Part shown: positions 55,502-64,000 of the stretch, piece after piece | Layout of the letters: every line of letters starts with the position of its first letter | Numbering within the stretch: position 1 is the first letter of the stretch | Assembly (NCBI RefSeq): GCF_000150275.1 | Contig: NW_002060959.1 | Coordinates: 1,175,283 to 1,239,282, forward strand | Source: Trichoplax adhaerens | Taxonomy: Eukaryota > Animalia > Placozoa | DNA length: 64,000 nucleotides | Direction: 5' to 3' | Position numbers and translations under genes: made by a program | The notes under the pieces: generated by a model | Told to the model about the DNA's origin: nothing | Databases searched by the model: none | Seen by the model: the letters and a program-made list of their open reading frames with translations, nothing else

Positions 55502-57080
55502 TTAGCTTACATCTTGCTGAGGTAACCTTTCAATTCCTTCACTGACCTGCTTCTCATCTCGATTCTCTTCATTTTCCTCCTTGATCGCGGCTTCCTTGAA
55601 TATGCACCTTACTAAGCTAACCTTTCAATTCCTTCACTAATCTGCTTCTCATTTGAATCTCTTCATTTCTCTTCTTGATTGCGGCTTCTTTTGAGTGTGC
55701 ACATGTAGCTTGCAATTCCTTACTTTCCATTTCATTTATCACTTGTTTGATTTCTTCTAGCTTTCTTTGCAATTTGACATTATCAAAATATTTTTTTTTC
55801 AATAGCTTGATTATCATATCTAATATCCCTTCAAGTAGTATTCGTTTATTTTCTTGTATACTCTCCTTCAAAGTTCTATCTGTTATGTTTACCTTCTCAA
55901 TGCTTTCAGGATTGGTTTTTCTTCGTTGTCAAATTCTTCATTCTCTTTCTTAACTACAGTTCTATGGGAGACAGGTAATCTTTTATTTTCAATTCGTTTA
56001 ATAATTGCATGACATCTTTCGATTCCTTTTTTTAACTCGACCACCTCAAACTTCTCATGTTCTAATTCTTTGGTTGTCAGATCCAATTATTCTTCTGCTG
56101 ATAATCGCTTGTCTTTTTCTTTTTGTAAATTGTCCGATAAAATTTTCTTTTCTTGGGTTAATTTTTATTTCTTCATTAGCTCGCTTCTTTTCACTTTGGA
56201 CTTCTTCATTTTCTGCTTGTATTAAGACTGCTTCTGATTCTGCATGAAGAACCTGTAAATATTTAAATGCTTTGTCTTTATAATATTCGACTACTTCCGC
56301 ATAGCCCGCGATTTTTAAACTGTCTATATATTTTAGCGTTTTTCGAAGAACTCTATTTTTTACTTTCTCTAATTCATCTTCGAATGGTACCATCACACGT
56401 ACCACATTGTCGACTTTTGGCTAAATTATTAAGTTAAGGTTAAAATCCTCTTATGCACAAATACTAATTATTTCGACGGTTACACAATTAACTTTTCCAT
56501 ACCTTCACAGCTTCGAAGTCTAGTTCATAATCTTTCTTTAAAGAGCGAAGCCCCTCATCGCACATCGCCATAACAATTCCCTGCAATATGATAAAAAGTG
56601 ATAAAGTATTGGTTCGATACCGAAAACGATAATAATTTAGTTTATTATTAAATAGTACGAGTTTATAGTACCCGTTAACCTTATGGGCCTTCCTTCTATC
56701 TGTAGTAATAGGGTATTAAATAAATTAAAATCTGTAAACGTTTTTGCCTACGATTCTAAAAATTTATGATTACTGTTCTATTTCAAGGCCGGTTAGAATA
56801 ATATAATACGCATGAATATCATAATTGTAAAAATAACCTTGTGAAGTCGTTCTGCACTTGGTAAAGTTGCGTAATGCGATCTGTCATTCGTTTTATAATC
56901 ATACTGGAAAAGGCGACATCTTTTCTACGAATAGAGAATAATAATGATATTTTACACGACTGTTCTTCATTTACATCAAATCAACGATAGTTTATTTCTC
57001 ATCTAATTTACCTTAATGTAGCGTAATACTTCCGGACAAGTCATGACATGGTTAAATACGTTTTTAACTTCCAGCTTTTC
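55502..57080 (-). pseudogene. 5'-deleted, frameshifted paralog of GTPase B (last four exons only)
   Basis: Track ORFs 56055..56405, 55889..56086 and 55617..55871 are consecutive frameshifted pieces matching 46170..46973. Homology ends mid-exon at ~57080 and the P-loop exons are absent. Confidence 0.9.
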
Positions 57081-58488
57081 GGTGTTGCAGTCTAAGGTTA
57101 CAGTTATAGGTTCTAAGTTCTAATAATGAATCATAGACTATAAATTATCAGCATGTTATGTTATCAAAATGCTTGTCTGTATCGTGTCTAGCAATTGAGT
57201 CAACTTTAATATCTTTATCGGACAACGCTGCTAAGTAACAAAACGATTCGTTACTATTACAGGTAGAATCTTTTCAAAAAGGAAAGTCTTAAGACCTCTT
57301 CGGTTTTGCTTCACACGATCATTCAATTACTCGGCTAATGTATGTACAGGACAACCTTCAATAAAGTCAATGAAGTAATAGCGAAGTGCGAGCTGCATTT
57401 TATGGAAAGTATCACTAGTCAACCTCAAGATCCACCATAATAGTCACTGCAGGCATATGCAAAACAGGCTGCGATCATCCCACTCGTACAGTAGAATCAT
57501 AGAAAGTATTTTTGACTTTACTGAACAGTTCTTTATTTTTTTGTCTATAAAATTCCAGGGTCTACAGCAGCAGGGACCGTCCGAAGCAAGTACTGTATAA
57601 CACATCATGCCCATTTAAAACTAATTCTCCAGAATTTAAGGGGAAAAAGCTAAAAAATTGGCCTTTTTACTGGACAGTGGTCCGATATTTTCAGATTAAT
57701 CTCCAGGCTATAATTAGTACGGAAATATTTGTGTTGGAGTTTTGTTCAGAATATGTTGACAAATAAGATGGGCCAGGATCGTATAGAAGGGTGGGTTTAG
57801 GGCAGAGAGCGAGAGTAGCTTCTCAGATTTGCTAACATGAGGATTCCTAGAAGAATGTTCTACTATTAGCTATAGCCTTTTTATTGCTCATATTCTGTAA
57901 TCTTTTTATGGATGTAATGAAGTTATTCTTATCCTAAGGCACTCAGTCTCAGCATTACTGTGAACCAGTAGTTTGGAATAGTTTAGAAGTAACAATTATT
58001 ACAGGTCCAAATTGCAAAGCTACTCGCTGCCGATGACTTTATTTATTTGCACTCAGAAGTCCATAAATAAACTCGAAGGTTTCTACGAATGCTGTAACTA
58101 TGGTGTGCATAGAGCACAGTACACGCCCCAGGCGCACCCCAATCCTCAACTCGTTAAGGTAGGGCGCATTATTATTGACAAGCCCTTAAATAGACGGTCG
58201 AGGTTGCAGCTTGGAGACTGATCTTGCCAGTTTCCCAGCAGTAGGAGTGATTGGTTGGTCATCTTATTTCCCTTGTACAGTTCCACTTTCAGCCTTTTGC
58301 TATTTTATACTGGGCAATAGGCAGTCATTAATTATAGACCAGTTTTATGGGTAAGTTCGTGTTCGTGAGGAAAGAGTAATCTGTCTGGATCGTGGAACTA
58401 AAATTAGTCATCTGTACTCTACACTGGAAGACGAGCTTAATTATTTACCAATTGCAGGAAAATCATAATCACCCTTGATAGAAAGTGA

Positions 58489-59214
58489 ATGATGGCATTC
58501 AAAATGACAGTGGAAGAATTTCAAGAGCAGGAAGAATTTACTGCTGATGGTTGGCGAGATATATGGGAAAAGGGCCAGTTAGATCAATCTGCTGAAAAAG
58601 TTCAAGCACAACTCGTTCAATTTCATAGTTTACTTCTAGCACCACAGCGTACCAATCGAATTTTTGTGCCAATGTGTGGTAAAGCTAAGGATTTATTGTG
58701 GTTGGCTGGTAAAGGAGCTACCGTTGTGGGGACTGAATTTGCTGCTTATGCATGTGAAAGCTTTTTCAAGGACAACAATGTTCCTTTTGATGTTGTAGAT
58801 CTGGATGGCGTCAATGGGAAAGCGTACTTTAGTACCGATGATAAATTAAACATCACTATTTATCAATGTGATCATTATTTACTAACCTCATCTATGGTCG
58901 GTTTTACCTTTGACGGTGTATGGGATAGAGGGTCTTTTAACTCTGTGCCAACCAAAGATCGCAACAAGTACGTTAATCATATGAAAACACTTTTAACCAG
59001 TACAGCAACGATGCTCGTTGTTGTCGTGGAATACGAAATTATCAGTCAGTCGGATGAAAGGCATAATATCCCAAGTGCTGAGGAATGCCTTCTTTCAGCG
59101 TTTGCACCGAGTGCAAACATTGAGAAAATCGATCGTTCTATCACTGAGTGGCAAGGTGATAACAATCAGGTCATCCAAATGCCAGAAATTTTATTCAAAA
59201 TTCATTTCAAGTAA
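58489..59214 (+). CDS. TPMT: TPMT-family methyltransferase, copy 2 (intronless)
   Basis: Nearly identical protein to copy 1, with the same motifs. Confidence 0.9.
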   Translation: MMAFKMTVEEFQEQEEFTADGWRDIWEKGQLDQSAEKVQAQLVQFHSLLLAPQRTNRIFVPMCGKAKDLLWLAGKGATVVGTEFAAYACESFFKDNNVPFDVVDLDGVNGKAYFSTDDKLNITIYQCDHYLLTSSMVGFTFDGVWDRGSFNSVPTKDRNKYVNHMKTLLTSTATMLVVVVEYEIISQSDERHNIPSAEECLLSAFAPSANIEKIDRSITEWQGDNNQVIQMPEILFKIHFK

Positions 59215-60825
59215 TTGTAATTGGCCTAAGTGTTACTACAATCATCATCAGCGATCTTTTTATGATTGCATCTTTTCTACGCGTATACCTGCAATCCCTC
59301 ACTATTATTATCGAATTCTAATATCCACGGCATCCATGACTGTATTGCAGTAATCTATTTTGGAGAATGATTCAATTGCCCATGCTATGCCTATTCTAAA
59401 GTTACAAATGCTATTACTCCTTCTTTGCAGAATATTGTACTTGATACTAGATGATAATATTTCTCATGGTAGTCAAAATTATGATGAATCGTTTTTGTTC
59501 AATATTTCATGGGTCGTTAATAAATGTAAAAATTAGCAAATGCAGTAATTAAGATTACTGATTGCATCTTGTTTCATTTCATGACTTTAACTATTCAATT
59601 GGTGAGCCTTGTAATTTCAACAGTCTGAGTAAATTATATTTACTATACAAATAAATTAGATAATGTGCTTAACGATATCGGCCCATGTTCGCCATATCCC
59701 GAAAATTGCTCTCTTGCTACATTAACTACAGATTCTAGCCTTATAATGTCCCCTTGTGCCTATATTTTTTAAAGGCGTTTACAGAGCAACAAAAGCAACC
59801 ATTTTGAATCCGTTAAGGCTTGAGGTATGATTAGGATACCTTGGATGTTGAAACTTAGGACTGTACTCACGTTTTCATGGTCGCAAGCGTACAAAGCTAT
59901 AGTGTATTTCGTGATTAAAGCATTACGAAAAATTCTCCCCTGAAGTTGTCAATATTTATTTATAATTATCAATGATGCAATTTATCTACAAGTCATAGTA
60001 CAATTAACTCAACTACTGTATGACTTTAAAAGACCGATACAAGTATTGCATGCCATATATTGGAAAGTATTTTATTGCTGTTAACAGCTGCATGAAAATC
60101 AGTAACGAGAGACTTGTAACTTAATACCGTTGAATAATTGAGTGGATAAATATAGCCGTATGGGAGGCTTATTCAGTAAGTGTAGCTACTATTAACGAAA
60201 AATCGTAGGAATGAGACGTGTGCAACTCAAAGTAGGTAGAGAGACAGCAAAGTATTTTCCAATTATTGCTGTTAAAAGATCAAAATATTCTCTAGTAAAC
60301 TTGTTTAGGCGTCAAGGACATCGTAACAACTCAAATGATAGGAAATAGGTAGCAATACCGATCATAAAAATGATCCATTTTATGCGCATCACCATTCTAC
60401 AACTATAATTAGTAGAATGGATGCCATTGAATGATAATAGTACTGCACACTATCCGCCGCAACAAATATTAAGTTTGAGCCAAGATTATAATTGGTCAAT
60501 GTTAAGATACCAAAGTTGATATAGAACCTCATGTTATGATTATTACATTATTATTTTAGTTAGTCCTTAGAGGTACTCCTGAGTAATAAGATTATACAAT
60601 AAAAGCTATAAGAGACCATAGTAGAAAAAAATCTAGCAGCTCATACTGATACTGTACTTATTCGAATTAGAATATCTAGTAAAGTTTTGACAGACATTGA
60701 AAAGTGCCTTTCAAGTTCTATTAGTACCTGAATTAATTAAAACAAGCCCACTGCAGTCCATACGATAAATTAGAGAACACTGCAGTCAAATATGATCAAT
60801 TAGAGAAAATATACGAGCATTTGTT

Positions 60826-61548
60826 TTAATTAAATTTAACTTTGAATAAAATTTCGCCAACTTCCATGACTTGATTTTCAAATTCATGTCTTTCAGTAAT
60901 CGAGCGTTCAATGAGTTCGACACTTGCTAGAGGCTTAAAAGCGATATAAATACCCTCTTCAGCAGTAGGGATATCGTGATTTGCATCGCCTTCACTGACA
61001 ATCTCATATTCTGAAACTGCGACTAAAACAGTAGCCGAACTAGTCAATAAAGTGCTCATATGTTGCACATATTCAGCTCTGCGTTTCATGGGTACCGAAT
61101 TAAATGCTCCTCTGTCCCAAACGCTGTCCAATGGATAACCAACAATGCGTGGTGACAACTGGTAATGATCGCATTGAAATATTCTAATATCTAACTTTTC
61201 ATCTTTACTGCAATATACGTTGCCATCAATGCCATCTAGAGCACGTATCTCATAAGGTATTTGATTTTCGGTGAAAAAATTTTGGCAAGCAAAAGCGACA
61301 CATTCAGAGCCAACCACAGAGCATCCTTTTCGAGCAAGCCATAATAAATCCAACGAGTTACCACATAAAGGTACAAAAACACGATTATGGCGATCTGATT
61401 GAATAATCATCTCATGGAATTTAACCATCATGGGATGAAATTTGGACGTCATACTGCCTAATTGGCCATCATTCCACATCTTTTCCCAATCTTGAACTGT
61501 ATAACTATCGTATTCATTGAATTCATCAACAGTCATTGGTTGCGCCAT
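60826..61548 (-). CDS. TPMT: TPMT-family methyltransferase, copy 3 (divergent, intronless)
   Basis: WEKMWNDG, RVFVPLCGNSLDLLWLARKGCSVVGSE, LDSVWDRGAF. Colinear with copies 1 and 2. Confidence 0.9.
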   Translation of the reverse strand: MAQPMTVDEFNEYDSYTVQDWEKMWNDGQLGSMTSKFHPMMVKFHEMIIQSDRHNRVFVPLCGNSLDLLWLARKGCSVVGSECVAFACQNFFTENQIPYEIRALDGIDGNVYCSKDEKLDIRIFQCDHYQLSPRIVGYPLDSVWDRGAFNSVPMKRRAEYVQHMSTLLTSSATVLVAVSEYEIVSEGDANHDIPTAEEGIYIAFKPLASVELIERSITERHEFENQVMEVGEILFKVKFN

Positions 61549-62223
61549 GATGTCAATAATTTCGTGTGGATTCTATCGATTACTGTGAGACCAAAAAAGA
61601 GTGGAGATCGTTAAAACAGCTTTGGAATAGGTGTATTTATCCAATAATCTTCTACAATTTCAGCAATAAAATGATCTTTAGCAATTGCTTATGGATCTAT
61701 ATGCAATTTCTTCTTCGTCCTTGTACTAGCTGGTGGATAAATAATTCGTGCAAGCAGAGAGCTTCCTTCTGGACAGGATGGTAGAATACTTTTGAAAGGG
61801 GACAGACAGGACTGAAAGGACGGTGCTTGGTCGTGACAATTATTTTGCTTGTCGTTACTCAAATACAGATCACTGTTTGATGTTTTAGACCATTGTGACA
61901 ACCTCTTTGGCGATTGTACTACCAAAATTGATGTCACCTTATTCAGAGTACTGATACTGGACAGTCATTTTTGGATCAATATGTGCATGGAGGTGACATT
62001 ATTATTACACAGTCGCAGAATCTATCGATGGGTACACCCGTATACATTATCGAGTAGTTCATAGTATAGCATAATCTATTGCTAGTCGCCTCCAACACTG
62101 GGTCGATGACTGTGCAAAACTACGGTTAAAAGAAAACCTCTAGTCAATTACTCAAACATAGGCTGGAATAGAAGGTTGTGACCATGACTACCAAGTCCAT
62201 TCCTATAAGAAATCGATCAAATC

Positions 62224-62253
62224 CGTCAGCATTGCGCATACGCAATGCTGACG
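62224..62253. promoter_or_regulatory. Perfect 13-bp inverted repeat in the TPMT-3/GLRX3 divergent promoter
   Basis: CGTCAGCATTGCG-cata-CGCAATGCTGACG. Confidence 0.55.
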
Positions 62254-62327
62254 CATTCCATCACTTCCAATTTCACATCTTGCAAAAGAGCAAAAGGATC
62301 GCTGGAAGAGCAAGAAAATTCTTCGTC

Positions 62328-63893
62328 ATGCCTGTAGTCAGTGTCAGTACGCCAGAAGAATTCAATGATATTCTTCAGGAAGTCGGAAGGTAATGCTACA
62401 GCATATTGTAATCGTGTTGTTCTGCATGAAACGCATGTCTAGTGGGTCGACGAGCCATGCCAATCTCCAGTCTTGCTCTTAAGAATGGAGCAGTTAGAAG
62501 TACAACTTGCAAATGGCTGAGCAGTGTCATGCTTTATACTTTCCTATCTGGGCTATCATGATTCATAGTGAATATCAATACTATTCCAAGCTTATCGTTA
62601 TATACTTTACGCAATAATCACTTCCATTCATAGTCAACTACTTGGCAACTCTGATTGTGCCTGAGTGGAAAGTATATGTACAGTACACTGTACAGTATAG
62701 CAAATATCAATCATCTGTAACCTAGACAACGATCGCTAGCTTAAGAACTGGCATGGTAGCATAATGTATTAGCTGCTAGAAGGATGCAAAGACTATGCCA
62801 TGGCAGGATAAATATTGATGATGACATTATATTTATTATCTATCATAGTGCACTAACTGTGGTTCACTTTTGGGCGACATGGGCCGCGCAATGCTTGCAA
62901 ATGAATGTTGTCTTAGACGAACTTGCCAACAAATACCTCAATATCAAATTTGTCAAGGTTTGTCCATACAATAAGACGACCCTTCTACTTCTTAATATTC
63001 TCCTAGTATTTGTAAATGGAGATAGATAGTGCATTGCACTATAGATTATACTGATTAGCGTAGGCTGACTATGTTTACAATTGGGCAATTTCGATTTTAA
63101 GGATAAGACTGTTATAATGGACACGGGTTGTGGAATGATCCAACTTTCTATTGTAACATGCTATTTCAATCATAATTTATGTCTGCCTTCTTATTGCAAT
63201 CATAGATTGAAGCAGAATCTATGCCCGAAATATCACTTCAATATAATATTGCTGCTGTACCGACGTTCATCTTGATGAAGGTATAGTGCAAATAATTGGA
63301 CGAATAAATATAGAGATACTTGGCGATACCATTTGCACTGATATTTATTATATTATATATTACTACTGTACGGGGTATTAGGCTGCCAAAGAAATTGACA
63401 GAATTAATGGCGCTAATACCAGTTTACTAGTTACAAAAGTTGGACAACATACAAATACTACTGTGCCGGTATCCTTGGATTCTATCCAAACACCTCAAGA
63501 AACTAAAGAAGTAGGAAGAAATTGAACTTCATACCTCTAGCTTGATATCAAAAATGAACTTGCCTTATTCTTATGTTAAAATATCTACGACTATTTATGC
63601 AGGAAGTGAACTCTAGAATTAAAAAACTGCTAAACAGTCATAAATGCATGTTATTTATGAAAGGAGTCCCAGACGAGCCCAAATGTGGTAAGAAATACAT
63701 GAGTGCTGGATCACCATTACTTTTTGGAACAATCCTTTATAAATACTTTGGCAATGAAGATTTACTGTTTTATTTATCTCTGTTGATATTTTTAAACCTT
63801 TAGGATTTAGCCGTCAATTGATAAACATATTAAATGACCACAATGTCGATTATGGTTACTTTAATATCCTGAGTGACAATGAAATTAGGCAAG
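62328..63893 (+). CDS. GLRX3: Glutaredoxin-3 (PICOT), 5' portion; continues beyond the window
   Basis: Exons: [12 protein letters not shown]; [16 protein letters not shown]; [22 protein letters not shown]; EIDRINGAN; [18 protein letters not shown]; [12 protein letters not shown]. This is a Trx-like domain plus a monothiol CGFS Grx domain. Confidence 0.95.
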
Positions 63894-64000
63894 GTTTGTG
63901 TAAACGAGCCAACGGCCTTGTTATAATCTTCAAATATTTCTACGCATGTACACGAATCGTTTTAGTGCTGAGTGTGCCAAAAACTGAAGTAGTCTGTTAT

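Larger units (their letters stand above)
54288..60005. repeat. Copy 2 of the tandem segmental duplication (GTPase pseudogene + TPMT-2) with an internal ~4-kb loss
   Basis: Abuts copy 1 head-to-tail and lacks the equivalent of ~47642-51750. Confidence 0.85.

Overview
This is AT-rich, gene-dense DNA from an animal genome with many short GT-AG introns. The style suggests a placozoan such as Trichoplax, but that is inference only. Gene order: (1) a truncated duplicate of part of a HAUS8-like gene (1-636); (2) a ~1.23-kb intronless, virus-like insert carrying the 3' ends of two convergent unknown ORFs (637-1869); (3) a 3'-truncated CFAP46 (minus) whose last exon reads in frame into one insert ORF; (4) intact HAUS8-like (+), NCAPH (-), LETM1 (+) and an intronless rhodopsin-class GPCR (+); (5) an accessory region with two atlastin/GBP-family GTPases lacking membrane anchors, one GTPase pseudogene, three intronless TPMT-family methyltransferases, tandem repeats, a decayed LINE and a possible LRR pseudogene; (6) the 5' part of GLRX3. 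The most striking structure is the left end: an apparent ~6.9-kb segmental duplication with foreign DNA at the junction. Both broken host genes can potentially be read in frame into the foreign ORFs. A second notable structure is a tandemly duplicated GTPase+TPMT cassette with signs of gene conversion. All exon boundaries were read by eye and no database searches were run.
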